IMG/VR virus record: IMGVR_UViG_3300036806_000429 | From: a virus | Direction: 5' to 3' (one strand) | DNA: 64,000 bases | Part shown: piece after piece, positions 41,345 to 50,864 of the stretch | Layout: the number at the start of each line of letters is the position of its first letter | Position numbering within the stretch: the stretch's first letter is position 1 | Translations under genes and position numbers: made by a program | The notes under the pieces: model-generated | Told to the model about the DNA's origin: nothing | Seen by the model: only the letters and a program-made list of their open reading frames with translations | The model's database searches: none

Positions 41345-41884
41345 CTACGCCTTCTTGCCGTGCTTGAACGGCCGCGTTTCGTTGTAAGCCATCTTCCTGA
41401 CGATCTCGTGGCCGAGGTCGATCTTGACGAGCGCGGCGAGATGGAAACAACGGATCACGACATCGGCGAGCTCGGAGCCCAAGCCCTGCGGCTTCTCCGC
41501 GCCTTCGTCCGGCTGGATGGCCGCTGCTATGGAGTCGACGGCCTCCGTGGCCTCGGTGTGAACGAGTGCCAGCTTGGCCAGAACCTTCACGACGTTGATG
41601 CCTGCCATCTTCAGAACGCCCGGGTTGGCGACACGGCCACGCTCCGGGTTTCCGAGCGGCTCGCCCGCGCGGACGCGCTCGGCGAGCTTGCTCAGGTTGA
41701 CGTGCAGCAACGCGATGAGGGCCAGGTCACGCTCGGCTTTCGTGGGCTCCGCCGTCTCGTCCGTCAGGTCCTCGTTCCAACCCTTGCGCTCGCCCCAGGC
41801 TTCAATCCAGCGCTGAAGGTCGCACATGCCCATCGCAGCACCAATCTGGCGTTGCATCTCCACGAATGTTTCGATCTTTTCCAT
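41345..41884 (-). CDS. MazG-like nucleoside triphosphate pyrophosphohydrolase
   Basis: All-alpha protein, about 180 aa. LVHTEATEAVDS...ELADVVIRCFHLA matches the MazG E-x-x-E...ELADV pattern. Confidence 0.65.
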   Translation of the reverse strand: MEKIETFVEMQRQIGAAMGMCDLQRWIEAWGERKGWNEDLTDETAEPTKAERDLALIALLHVNLSKLAERVRAGEPLGNPERGRVANPGVLKMAGINVVKVLAKLALVHTEATEAVDSIAAAIQPDEGAEKPQGLGSELADVVIRCFHLAALVKIDLGHEIVRKMAYNETRPFKHGKKA

Positions 41885-41911
41885 GCTTCACCAACTATAG
41901 CTGAAAGCCCG

Positions 41912-42160
41912 TCAATCGTCGATGGATACTTTGTCGAGCACAGCAAGCGGCACGCAGTCGCTGGGGTCGCCGTTCAACTCGAGCTCGATGATGACGTGCT
42001 GCTCCTCGCCGTTGAACTTCACGACCTTCGTCCGGAAGCCCGACAACTTGCCAGAGCGCTGCACGCCGTCCGTCGTCTCCAGGCGGACGAATTTGCCCGT
42101 GCCGTTCCACACGGTGTCGATCCACGCGCCCATGGAGGGCTTCTTTTTCCCATTTGCCAT
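41912..42160 (-). CDS. hypothetical protein
   Basis: ATG 42160 abuts the upstream stop. Confidence 0.45.
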   Translation of the reverse strand: MANGKKKPSMGAWIDTVWNGTGKFVRLETTDGVQRSGKLSGFRTKVVKFNGEEQHVIIELELNGDPSDCVPLAVLDKVSIDD

Positions 42161-42364
42161 TCACTTTTCCCTTGCGTTGTAGCAGGCTTGGCTGCAGTAA
42201 GCCTTGGATTTGTAGGTTTCCCCGCCGCACTTCTTGCAGCGGACGATCCTGAAGATGGTCAGCGAGCCGTCGGCGACGAGGCGCTTGAATAGCGTCGCCT
42301 CTGCGACCGTCATGTAGGGCTTGTCCGGCTTGAACCGCAACAGGAAGGTGTCAACCAGTCCCAC
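42161..42364 (-). CDS. hypothetical small zinc-ribbon protein
   Basis: CKKCGG...CSQAC. ATG 42313 is an alternative start. Confidence 0.4.
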   Translation of the reverse strand: MGLVDTFLLRFKPDKPYMTVAEATLFKRLVADGSLTIFRIVRCKKCGGETYKSKAYCSQACYNAREK

Positions 42365-42908
42365 GGCCCGCCCATCGACTGCCTTGGACGCCCAGCTGTC
42401 CTTGGTATTTGCTGCGCCGGTTTGGATGGCCGTAGGGCAGAGTACAGCGAGTCTGGAGCCGCTCGATGGCGAGTTGGCAGATGCCGAGCCCGGCCACGAG
42501 CCGGATGTGGTGCGGGCTGATATTCGTCAGCTCGAGTGTGATTTGGCCCCTGAAGCCAGGATCGATGAAACCGGCGGTGGCGTGGACCACGAGCCCGAGC
42601 CGCCCCAATGAGCTCCGCCCTTCGACGCGCGCCACGAGGTCGGGGCCGATCTGCACCGTCTCGTAAGTGGTCGCCAGAACGAATTGGCCCGGCGACAGGA
42701 TGAACTCGTGCGCGTTGAGCTCCTTCATCGGCGGGATGGCATCCGGACCCTTGTCCAGATCTACGAGGGCCGGACCCTCCGGCCACCACGCGAAGTCGCT
42801 GCCCAGCCGCAGGTCGATGGATGCCGGTTGGATTGAGCCTTCGGCCAACGGGTGCACCAGCAAGCCCGAGCCGAGCTCTTTGACCAGGTCTGTGTCGGAA
42901 AGGATCAT
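42351..42908 (-). CDS. dcd: dCTP deaminase (Dcd/dUTPase superfamily)
   Basis: IQPASIDLRLG...VEGRSSLGRLGLVVHATAGFIDPGFRGQITLELTN is the classical Dcd pattern. Confidence 0.85.
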   Translation of the reverse strand: MILSDTDLVKELGSGLLVHPLAEGSIQPASIDLRLGSDFAWWPEGPALVDLDKGPDAIPPMKELNAHEFILSPGQFVLATTYETVQIGPDLVARVEGRSSLGRLGLVVHATAGFIDPGFRGQITLELTNISPHHIRLVAGLGICQLAIERLQTRCTLPYGHPNRRSKYQGQLGVQGSRWAGRGTG

Positions 42909-42947
42909 TTGGCCTCGCGGAAGGTACGCTGCTTTGGGCCTTGGCGT

Positions 42948-43550
42948 CTAGGCCAAAGCAAGCTTCAGCGCTGAACGCACGTCGCCCAAGGCCAACGTGA
43001 ACGCCTCCGAGGCCAAGCCGCCCGCTCGCAAGATGTAGGACGGATGGAACGTGGCGATGGCCGGCCAACTCCGGATCTCGCCATCGTACATCAGCAGCTC
43101 CACGTTGGTCTCCTCGCCGCGGAATGCCGTGATGGACGTGATGCCGGCGAGGCGCCCCGCCGTGCTTCCCAACAGCAAGAGCGCCTTGGGCCTGACGACC
43201 TTCAGCAGCATGTGGAGCCGGCCGGAGCACGCGCGGAGCTCGTCGTGCGTTGGCTTCCGATTGGCCGGCGGCCGACATGCCACCATGTTGGTGATGAACA
43301 CGTGCTCGGAGCGAACGTTCGCACGATGAAACAGCGTGTCGAGGAGGCGCCCGGCCGGGCCGACGAAGGGCCGCCCTTTCCTGTCCTCGTCCGCGCCCGG
43401 CGCTTCGCCGATGACGAACAGCGGCGCCGTCGGGTCGCCGCGCCAGTGCACGACGCTGTTGCGTTCCTCGCTCAGCGCGCAGTCCTCGCAGGCGTTCCAC
43501 TTCCGCTCGATGCCATCGAGCACTTCCAGTCGTCGGCGGATCAGGGGCAT
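42948..43550 (-). CDS. uracil-DNA glycosylase, family 4
   Basis: ATG 43550. CEDC, GEAPGADEDRKGRPFVGPAGRLL and C-terminal HPSYILR motifs. Confidence 0.8.
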   Translation of the reverse strand: MPLIRRRLEVLDGIERKWNACEDCALSEERNSVVHWRGDPTAPLFVIGEAPGADEDRKGRPFVGPAGRLLDTLFHRANVRSEHVFITNMVACRPPANRKPTHDELRACSGRLHMLLKVVRPKALLLLGSTAGRLAGITSITAFRGEETNVELLMYDGEIRSWPAIATFHPSYILRAGGLASEAFTLALGDVRSALKLALA

Positions 43551-44455
43551 TTCGCCATGTCCCACAGAGCCTTCTTCTCGCTCGGATGGACTAGCGACGC
43601 AAATTTGTAACGCAGCAGCGCTTCGGTGAGGTCGCCGGGCGAGCCTGGCTGGGCCGGGATGAGCTCCCAATCCAGATTGGTTCGGATCCGCGTGAGCTTG
43701 TAGTACAGCAGCACGTCCGCCCAGGAGTCGCTGATCAGCTTGCGGCGCCGCGGCGTCTCCGGCCAAGTGCCCTCCGGCCGGAACGACGCCAGCAACACCC
43801 TGCGCAGCGAACCGTAGTGGTTCAACAGCTTGGCCGCCGTGACCGCGCCGATGCCCGGCGCGCCCGGTATCTTGTCGCTGTGGTCGCCCGCGAGCGCCTT
43901 GAGCTGGGCGATCAGACGCGGCGGCACGCCGTGCTTCTTCTCCACCGCCTGCGCGTCGTACAATGTGTCTGACCGGAAGCCTGGCGCGACGACGAAAACG
44001 CTAGGGCGCACCAGCTGCCGCAAGTCGCTGTCGCCCGAATAGACGATCACCGTTTCGCCGCGCGCGGCGCCTTCGCGGGCGAGCCGCCCGATCACGTCGT
44101 CGGCCTCGCAAGCCACGCCGCGGTATTGCTCCACGCCGATGAGGCTGAGCATCTTGATGAGGTGCTGTTCCTGGGCGTCCATCTCGGCGATGATGTTCAG
44201 CCGATCCTGGTCCGGCTCCCCGCCGCGGCCCTTGTAGCCCGGGAACAGATCGAACCTGAAGTTGTTCTTCCCTTCCCAGGCCACGACGGCACGGCCGCCG
44301 AATTTGCTGTGGATTCGGATGGCGCAAGTCAGAAAGCCGTACATGCCGCCCGTGGACATCTCCTCGCCATCCACCGTTGCGGACAGGTCCTTGAAGGCGT
44401 CCGACGTTCGCCACAAGAGGTGGCGGCCGTCGAGCACGAGCAGATCGCCCCTCAT
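43541..44455 (-). CDS. 5'-3' exonuclease / flap endonuclease (Pol I N-terminal type)
   Basis: ATG 44455 in an ATGA overlap. GGMYGFL, CEADDVIG, YSGDSDLRQL and LAGDHSDKIPGAPGIG motifs. Confidence 0.8.
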   Translation of the reverse strand: MRGDLLVLDGRHLLWRTSDAFKDLSATVDGEEMSTGGMYGFLTCAIRIHSKFGGRAVVAWEGKNNFRFDLFPGYKGRGGEPDQDRLNIIAEMDAQEQHLIKMLSLIGVEQYRGVACEADDVIGRLAREGAARGETVIVYSGDSDLRQLVRPSVFVVAPGFRSDTLYDAQAVEKKHGVPPRLIAQLKALAGDHSDKIPGAPGIGAVTAAKLLNHYGSLRRVLLASFRPEGTWPETPRRRKLISDSWADVLLYYKLTRIRTNLDWELIPAQPGSPGDLTEALLRYKFASLVHPSEKKALWDMAKCP

Positions 44456-44811
44456 TTGCCGCAGTCGGCCGGGCAGCCGTCGTGGTGGAAGTGGAGCGGC
44501 TCGCCCAACGGGCAGGCGATGATGGAGCAGATCAGGCATTCCGCGTCGGAGCAGGCCTTGTAGTCACCGATCTCCACGCCGTGGATCAAAGCCAAGAGCT
44601 CCTTCCCGCCCGTCTGCTCCTCGATCTCCATGGCCTCCTTGATCGTCAGACCGGCCGGAGCGCCGCCGGTTCCACGGCAACGCGGACACGGCGCCGGCTT
44701 CCCGCCGTGCGCCGACGACCAAGCGGCCGCCGTGTGATCGTTCCAGTCGTCCTCGCCGTCGGACTTGTACTGGCCGGAGCCGTCGCAGAGCTCGCACTTG
44801 GGTTCGGTCAC
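44452..44811 (-). CDS. hypothetical protein with paired CxxCxGxG knuckles
   Basis: GTG 44811 in a GTGA overlap. CELCDGSG...CPRCRGTG. Confidence 0.5.
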   Translation of the reverse strand: MTEPKCELCDGSGQYKSDGEDDWNDHTAAAWSSAHGGKPAPCPRCRGTGGAPAGLTIKEAMEIEEQTGGKELLALIHGVEIGDYKACSDAECLICSIIACPLGEPLHFHHDGCPADCGK

Positions 44812-45404
44812 GGCCCGGTCGCTCCCGACGCGGCGATGGCGTTGGCTGGCACGCCCAGGATGCGCCCGAGCTCCTCGGTGGAGACGCCGGTGGTGTGGAC
44901 AGCGGCCGGACGCCAGAGCGTCTTGCATTCGGCGCACCTGTGCGTCCTGTGCGGAGGATTGGTCCAGTCCGTTGCCGGGTCCGGCGCGTCGATGTGCTGG
45001 GCGTGGCACACGGGGCAAGCCAGGAACATGGGGATGGGCACGGGCTGATAGGCGCGCAGCGCCAGCTTGCCTTCGTCCGTGGTGTGCCAAAAGTCGTTGT
45101 CCGGCAGCTTGCTTTGCGCGATCAGCCGACGCTTGGCCAGAGAGTCGAAGGCCTCGCGCTCCTCGGCCGAGCCGTTTCCGATGGTGTCCTTGTCATCGTC
45201 GCACATCTTCAAGACACGGAGCTCCTCGCCCGACAAGATGACCGCGAGCGGCGCGAGCGCGATGCCGCTCATGTCGATCACAGGCTTGCCGTCGTGTTGG
45301 TCGAAGGCGTGATCATAGCCGGCGGCCGCCAGCTTGTCGTACACGAATGCGTACAGCTCGTTGGGAACTTCCAGCGTGGCGTATGTGTGAGTTTGGCGGA
45401 TCAA
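44808..45404 (-). CDS. hypothetical protein with a C-terminal zinc ribbon
   Basis: TTG 45404 in a TTGA overlap. CPVCH...CAECK. Confidence 0.5.
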   Translation of the reverse strand: MIRQTHTYATLEVPNELYAFVYDKLAAAGYDHAFDQHDGKPVIDMSGIALAPLAVILSGEELRVLKMCDDDKDTIGNGSAEEREAFDSLAKRRLIAQSKLPDNDFWHTTDEGKLALRAYQPVPIPMFLACPVCHAQHIDAPDPATDWTNPPHRTHRCAECKTLWRPAAVHTTGVSTEELGRILGVPANAIAASGATGP

Positions 45405-45694
45405 AATGGCACTCCTTCCACTGCTACGTTGTGCGCGCCGATCGGCTCGGCCGCGTCGCTTTCCTCGCGGAGCTCCGGGCAGCCCTCGCGCACGTGATGT
45501 TCAAACAGGTCCTTCTTGTGCGCGTGCCAAGCGCCCAACACGGTACGGCGGCGCTTGTAGCGCCAAGTGCCCGAGTCGTCGTCCACGGACCAGAACCACT
45601 GGAAAACCTCGTTGTAGGTGAGCCCCGTCTTGAATTGACGGTAGGTCGTCTTGCAGTGAGGGCATCGCTTGTGGTTTCCGTGGTAGCTTGACAC
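45401..45694 (-). CDS. hypothetical protein
   Basis: GTG 45694. CPHC motif. Confidence 0.45.
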   Translation of the reverse strand: MSSYHGNHKRCPHCKTTYRQFKTGLTYNEVFQWFWSVDDDSGTWRYKRRRTVLGAWHAHKKDLFEHHVREGCPELREESDAAEPIGAHNVAVEGVPF

Positions 45695-45703
45695 ACGGTG
45701 TGC

Positions 45704-45919
45704 CTATTCCAGGCCGCGCTCGGCGGCGAACCAACCCTGGACCACCAGCTTTCCTGCCTTGTTCTCGTCGTCGTCGAACACCTCGGAGTCGTCGTGCACG
45801 ACGGACTTGGGCACCCACATCTTCCTGTTGTCTGGGAATTTGATGTGCAGCGCCTTCGGCGTCTGGCCGATGCAAACGGCCTCGCAGCTGAACGGCTCCT
45901 CTTCATCCTCGCGCGCCAT
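45704..45919 (-). CDS. hypothetical acidic protein
   Basis: 71 aa. GC3-rich. Confidence 0.45.
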   Translation of the reverse strand: MAREDEEEPFSCEAVCIGQTPKALHIKFPDNRKMWVPKSVVHDDSEVFDDDENKAGKLVVQGWFAAERGLE

Positions 45920-46721
45920 TGGAACCTTTCATGATCTTCTCCAGGAAACCCACGAGCTCTAGCTTGTCCTTGGATTGGGCGCGCGCGATAGCGCGCGACA
46001 GCCGAGCTTCTATGCTGCTCACGCCGTCGAAGCTGCCCGACGGGTTGTGGATCCACTCTCGAGCCAACAGCGATGTTGGATAGGTCTTGGTCACGCGATT
46101 GAACACCTGGCGCTCTTTGTCATGGCCGAGCTTGTCCAACGTCAGCTTTCCACTGCGGATCTGCTGCTCGACATCCACCAGCTTCGCGACGGCGAAGGCG
46201 TCCGCCAAGTCCTCGGACGATGTGCGGCTCTGCTTCTTCCCGGGCAGCGCCTTCGCGTTGACCTCGGAGAAGTCCTCGCCCCAGCGCTGGATCACGCTGC
46301 GCTCGATCAGGTCCTTTTGGGCCGTTCCGTCGTGCGTGACGAACATCTTCACGCTGATGGGGTCGTGCTTCCTGAAGGGCACGCCCATTCGCCACAGCAA
46401 CATCCGCGCGGCGCCGCCGACCTCGCCGAGTTGGTGGGCGCCCTGCTCGGCGCGCAGCGCGTAGTCTTCGATGCCGGCGAAGTCCGGCCGCCGTGACTGA
46501 ATCACCAGAGACAGCCAGGCCTCCACCCAAGCCAGCCGTTCCATCTGATACTGCTGCTTGTCGCCGTCCTTCGACGGCGGCGCGGGAAGGCGCGCGCCCG
46601 TCGGCCAACGCGAAGCCACGCCAGCGACATTGGTGTAGTAGCCGGCCCACGAGCGCTTTCCATTCGTGAGCTCAACCACGGCGCCGTGGTTCAGGCTGAT
46701 GTCCAGGCCCAGAACCCTCAC
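45903..46721 (-). CDS. RuvC-like Holliday junction resolvase
   Basis: GTG 46721 in a GTGA overlap. VLGLDISL, AGIEDYAL and SEDLADAFAVAKL place the acidic residues in RuvC-like order. Confidence 0.65.
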   Translation of the reverse strand: MRVLGLDISLNHGAVVELTNGKRSWAGYYTNVAGVASRWPTGARLPAPPSKDGDKQQYQMERLAWVEAWLSLVIQSRRPDFAGIEDYALRAEQGAHQLGEVGGAARMLLWRMGVPFRKHDPISVKMFVTHDGTAQKDLIERSVIQRWGEDFSEVNAKALPGKKQSRTSSEDLADAFAVAKLVDVEQQIRSGKLTLDKLGHDKERQVFNRVTKTYPTSLLAREWIHNPSGSFDGVSSIEARLSRAIARAQSKDKLELVGFLEKIMKGSNGARG

Positions 46722-47089
46722 AGGAACGGCTTGGCGTCTTCGAGTTGGGCGCGGAGTGCTCTGATCTGCTCGGACAACGCCGGGTGTGACGAGCGCGCGG
46801 CGCGGGCATGACGCTCCATCCGCAGAACGCCGCGGATCTTCACGTCGTCCGTTCGATTCAAGAGCTCGCAGAACGCCAAGACGCGCGACCAAGACGCCTC
46901 CACGGACCAAGTCCGCGAGCTCCGGCGATGCGCCCAAGCGCCCTTGAAGTGGACGTTGAGCAGGTGCTCGAATTGCTCCACGATCGGCTTCCAAGCCCGA
47001 ACGTCCTTCCAATCGGGCTGGTTGAAGTAGAATTCGCCCTTGCGATAAGTCAGGTCAAGAGCCAGGATCTGCTTCGTCTTCGTCGCCAT
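46718..47089 (-). CDS. hypothetical protein
   Basis: ATG 47089 (MATKTKQILALD). Confidence 0.45.
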   Translation of the reverse strand: MATKTKQILALDLTYRKGEFYFNQPDWKDVRAWKPIVEQFEHLLNVHFKGAWAHRRSSRTWSVEASWSRVLAFCELLNRTDDVKIRGVLRMERHARAARSSHPALSEQIRALRAQLEDAKPFL

Positions 47090-47279
47090 CGTCGTCCTCG
47101 TCGGGTGGGATGTCGTGTTGCGTCTCGTAGCCACAGTTGTCGCAGACGTACAGGACCACGTCCGGCGCGCTGTCGTCGGCTTCCAGCTCGTCGTCGCCCT
47201 CGTTGCCCGACAATGTGACGGAGATGGTGCGCTCACGCTCCATTTCCTCCAGGTTGCCGTCGCAGTTGGGGCACTTCAT
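47055..47279 (-). CDS. hypothetical zinc-ribbon protein with an acidic tail
   Basis: CPNC...CDNC. Confidence 0.45.
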   Translation of the reverse strand: MKCPNCDGNLEEMERERTISVTLSGNEGDDELEADDSAPDVVLYVCDNCGYETQHDIPPDEDDDGDEDEADPGS

Positions 47280-47280
47280 G

Positions 47281-47799
47281 TCAGCGCTTCCGGCGCCGAG
47301 CTCGACGCGGGGCGCTCGGCTCCTGCATGCGCTTCAGCAACGCCTCGCAACGCTCCAGCTCCCGGCGAGCTCGGGCGTGGTCCTTCTCGGCGCTCTTCAG
47401 CTGCTCGGATGCCCGGGCAGCCATGGACTTCGCTGCGAGCTCGGGCGTGGCGAACGCTCGGTGGTAGGAAAGAACCTGGCCCGCTGGACCGATGACGTGG
47501 AGATGCCCCAGGCTGTCGCGAGCCACCAGGCACGACTCGATCTTGCCAGCGTGCACGTAACATCCACGATCCAACGCGCAGGCCGTGAGTGCCGCAGCGC
47601 GCGTACGGAACACGCTGGAAGCCGGAACGGCGTGGAACGTCTTGCTCTGGTAGTTACGCGGCGTGTACGGCGCTCTGATGAAGGCCTGGTCGCCCACGAT
47701 GGTGCCGACGACCTCCCGGACGGAGCGCACGCCGTGTTCGACCTTGACGGTGTACAACGTGCCTTGGACGCCTTTGACTGCTTTCAATTCGTTTCTCAT
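47281..47799 (-). CDS. hypothetical protein
   Basis: Strong GGAGG SD before ATG 47799. Confidence 0.5.
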   Translation of the reverse strand: MRNELKAVKGVQGTLYTVKVEHGVRSVREVVGTIVGDQAFIRAPYTPRNYQSKTFHAVPASSVFRTRAAALTACALDRGCYVHAGKIESCLVARDSLGHLHVIGPAGQVLSYHRAFATPELAAKSMAARASEQLKSAEKDHARARRELERCEALLKRMQEPSAPRRARRRKR

Positions 47800-47844
47800 T
47801 TGGACCTCCGCCCGAGGTAGGGGCCAATCCCAACGCGCGCTGAC

Positions 47845-49731
47845 CTAAGCCGCCTCCAGCGTGGAGATGCCGTCGGACTTGCGCACGATGATCGCGCGCT
47901 CGAACCACTCCTGCATGGAAGCCGAGTGGCTGATCACCATGATCGTCCCGCGCTCGGCGCGAAGCTTTTGGAGCAGATGGCCGACGCGATCGATGCCTTC
48001 GGCGTCCAAGCCGTCGAACACCTCGTCCAGCAGCAACAGGTCGTTGGCGGCGCCTTCGCGCGTGGCCACCAGGTCCATCAGCGCGAAGTTGGTGGCAATC
48101 TCCATCTTCTTCCACTGGCCTCCGGACGGCGGGTAGCCGGTCTGGCCTTCGACCTCCCAAGTCAGGCTGATCTCGTCGCGGAATTCACCCTTGGCGCTCT
48201 TCAGCTCCTTCAGCGTGGAGAAGTTGACTGTGATGTCGCCGTCGGCGAGCACGTCCAAGTAGTGGTTGGCGCGCTCCGTCAGGAACGGCATCAGCGCATC
48301 CAAAGCGAACGACGGCAACCCGGACGGGCTGAAGCCCTTGTTCCAGAATTCCAGGTGCGCCATGTCCGTCCGGAGCTTGCCCAACTTGGCCTCCGATTCG
48401 TCCACGATGGCTTGGCACTCTGCAATGCGCGCCTTGGCCTTCTCGATCTGGGCGTGGAAGGGGTTGACCTCCGCCTTGATCTCCTTGAAGCGCCCCAGAG
48501 CCGCCGTGCCTGCGTCATAGGCCACCTTGGCCCTGTCCTTCGCGCCGCGCGCCTCCGCGAGCTCGTCCCGCAATTCGTCGATGCCCTCGGCTTCCAGACG
48601 CAGCTTGGAGCGCCGCTCCTTCGCCGCCTTCAGCTGCTTTCTGGCTTCTTCCCAGGCCTTGTCCGCCTTGACCTTCTTCGCCGCGGCTTTCTTCGCCGCG
48701 GCCTTCGCGTCCTCCAAGGCCTGGGCCAGATGGCCACGATGTTCCGCCGCGGCGCCGGAGGCGAGCGAGCCGTGGCACAGCGGACATTCATCGCCGTCGA
48801 GCTCGCCCAGTGCGTCCTGCGCCCGCTCCACCGCCCGATCGGCGCCGTCGGCGCTCGAGTCGGCTGCGTTTGCGGCGTCGCCCGCCGTGCGCTCGGCGGT
48901 GGCGAGCTCCTCGATGGTGTCGTCCATCGCCGCTGCGTCCGTCTGTGCCTTCTTCAGCTTGGCCAGCCGAGCCTCCAGGCCTGCGGTGTCTGGTGTGCTC
49001 TTGCGCAAGTCCTTGGCAAGCTTGATTTGCGCCTTCGCGCCGGCCGACACCTTCTTCAGACGCTCGGCACGCTCCGTGTCCCAGTCGTGCTCCTCCTCCG
49101 TCAGCGCTTCCACGTCGTACTCCTCCAGACGCGCCTTGTTTTGGTCGCGCGCTGTCTCGGCGCTGACGACCTCCTTGCGCACCTTGGAGAGCTCTGCCTT
49201 GATCCAGTCGTGAGCGAGGCTCCACAGCGCGGTCCGGACGATGCGTTGCAACACGTCCTTCCGCTCCTTGTCCGGCGTCTTGGGATCGATGAACCGCTTG
49301 TTGTCGCGTTGTCCGTACATGACTGAGCGGTGGAAGGCGGCCCAGTCTGCCCCCATCAGCTCGTCCAACTTGAGCTGCAGCTCCTCCTTGGAGCCGGGGA
49401 AGGGCTCGCCGGACGGATCGATGAGCTGCAGCTTTGGCTGCGCGCGGCGCCGGTCCCGGAGCGCGACCCAGCCGTTGTCGAACGTGAGCTTGGTCTTGGC
49501 GACCTTCGCCCCGCTGCGGATCACTTGATCGCCGTCGGCCTCGTCGGTGCTCTGGCCGTAGCCGGCCCAGCCAATGGCCTTAAAGATGGTGGACTTGCCC
49601 GAGCCGTTGGAGTCCGCGGCCGACGTGTCGCGGTTGTCGCCGCCAATCCAGACCAGACCGCGCTTGCGCAGCTTGATGGCCAGATGCTCAAAGCAACAAA
49701 AGTCCCAAGCCTCCAGGCTTTTCAGAGCCAT
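47845..49731 (-). CDS. sbcC: SbcC/Rad50-type ATPase
   Basis: ATG 49731. Walker A GSGKST, a long coiled coil with a CPLC zinc hook, signature SGGQ, and Walker B LLLLDEVFDGLD. Confidence 0.8.
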   Translation of the reverse strand: MALKSLEAWDFCCFEHLAIKLRKRGLVWIGGDNRDTSAADSNGSGKSTIFKAIGWAGYGQSTDEADGDQVIRSGAKVAKTKLTFDNGWVALRDRRRAQPKLQLIDPSGEPFPGSKEELQLKLDELMGADWAAFHRSVMYGQRDNKRFIDPKTPDKERKDVLQRIVRTALWSLAHDWIKAELSKVRKEVVSAETARDQNKARLEEYDVEALTEEEHDWDTERAERLKKVSAGAKAQIKLAKDLRKSTPDTAGLEARLAKLKKAQTDAAAMDDTIEELATAERTAGDAANAADSSADGADRAVERAQDALGELDGDECPLCHGSLASGAAAEHRGHLAQALEDAKAAAKKAAAKKVKADKAWEEARKQLKAAKERRSKLRLEAEGIDELRDELAEARGAKDRAKVAYDAGTAALGRFKEIKAEVNPFHAQIEKAKARIAECQAIVDESEAKLGKLRTDMAHLEFWNKGFSPSGLPSFALDALMPFLTERANHYLDVLADGDITVNFSTLKELKSAKGEFRDEISLTWEVEGQTGYPPSGGQWKKMEIATNFALMDLVATREGAANDLLLLDEVFDGLDAEGIDRVGHLLQKLRAERGTIMVISHSASMQEWFERAIIVRKSDGISTLEAA

Positions 49732-50864
49732 CAGAGCCGCCCTCTCATCGATGTGATCGCCTCGCGGCCGAGCCGCCGGAGCCGTTCCACGTCCAGGCCT
49801 GTCTTGTCGACCTCCGGCGCGTCCAGGTAGGCGTCCATGGTGTCCTCGAACAGCGGTCCGCCCTTCTTGGCCAACTTGGAAGGCTTGATGCGCGTGGCAT
49901 GGTGGTACAGCGGCTTGTGAACGTAGGACGCTCGGAAGCCGTCGGCGTTGAGCTTGTCCACCATGGCGCGTACGGCCGCGCGCGTCAGCTCCCACTCCGC
50001 CGATGTCATCGTGGCCGTGATCCGGATGTAGTCGCCGCGTTTGGCGTCCACGAGCGTGGCCGTAGGCCATTCAAAGTTGTGGAATCGCGGGCAACCGCCG
50101 TCCACGAAGTCCCGGACGCACTCCCCACCTTCGTGGAATTCCACGGTCCAATAGCCGGCCGGGCGCCCCTCGTCGTCAAAGCGGTGGTGCATCGGCGCGC
50201 CCAGGTACATGCCGCGATCCTTCGGCCCGAAGGTCTGCGTGGTGTGGAAGTGGCCGCTGAACACCCAGTCCATGCTCTGACACACCTCCTCCGGCGTCAG
50301 CCCGTCGTCGCACTTCCAACCCACGTGCTCGCAGCCCAGGATGCTCTGGTGGAGCAACAGCACCTCCGTGGACTTCTTGCGGTCGCGCGCGGCGAGTTGG
50401 CGATGGATATTGGCGAGCCACTCTCGAGCTCGGTCCTGTGCGCAGTACTCCACAGGCCAGAAGCCCAACCAAGGCTTCAGCTTCAGGCGCCGCCCGGTCT
50501 GGAGGTAGCGCACGTGCGGGTTGTTCATCGCCCCGAACGCCTCCACGGTGAAGCGGCCGCCGCGCGTGTTGACGGCGTCGTGATTCCCTGCCATGATCAG
50601 CGCGGGGCAAGGAGCCTCTGTGATCGCGCTGATGGTGTGCGTTAGCGTGATCGCATCCACCAGACTCTTGTCGAAAAGGTCGCCCAACACGAAGATATGC
50701 TCTGCGTTGAACTCCTCCGCCGAGCGGTGGACGCGCCTCCAGAGCGCCGCTTGGTCGGCGAGCCGGTCCGTCACGCCGTCTTCGGCCGTCGCCGCGCGGG
50801 CGTGCGGCAGCCGATTGGACATGTGGATGTCCGATATCAGCAGCGCTCTGTAGCTGTCCCTCAC
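49731..50864 (-). CDS. sbcD: SbcD/Mre11-type nuclease
   Basis: GTG 50864 in a GTGA overlap. LLISDIHMS, VLGDLFD, AGNHD and GHFH phosphoesterase motifs. Confidence 0.8.
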   Translation of the reverse strand: MRDSYRALLISDIHMSNRLPHARAATAEDGVTDRLADQAALWRRVHRSAEEFNAEHIFVLGDLFDKSLVDAITLTHTISAITEAPCPALIMAGNHDAVNTRGGRFTVEAFGAMNNPHVRYLQTGRRLKLKPWLGFWPVEYCAQDRAREWLANIHRQLAARDRKKSTEVLLLHQSILGCEHVGWKCDDGLTPEEVCQSMDWVFSGHFHTTQTFGPKDRGMYLGAPMHHRFDDEGRPAGYWTVEFHEGGECVRDFVDGGCPRFHNFEWPTATLVDAKRGDYIRITATMTSAEWELTRAAVRAMVDKLNADGFRASYVHKPLYHHATRIKPSKLAKKGGPLFEDTMDAYLDAPEVDKTGLDVERLRRLGREAITSMRGRL

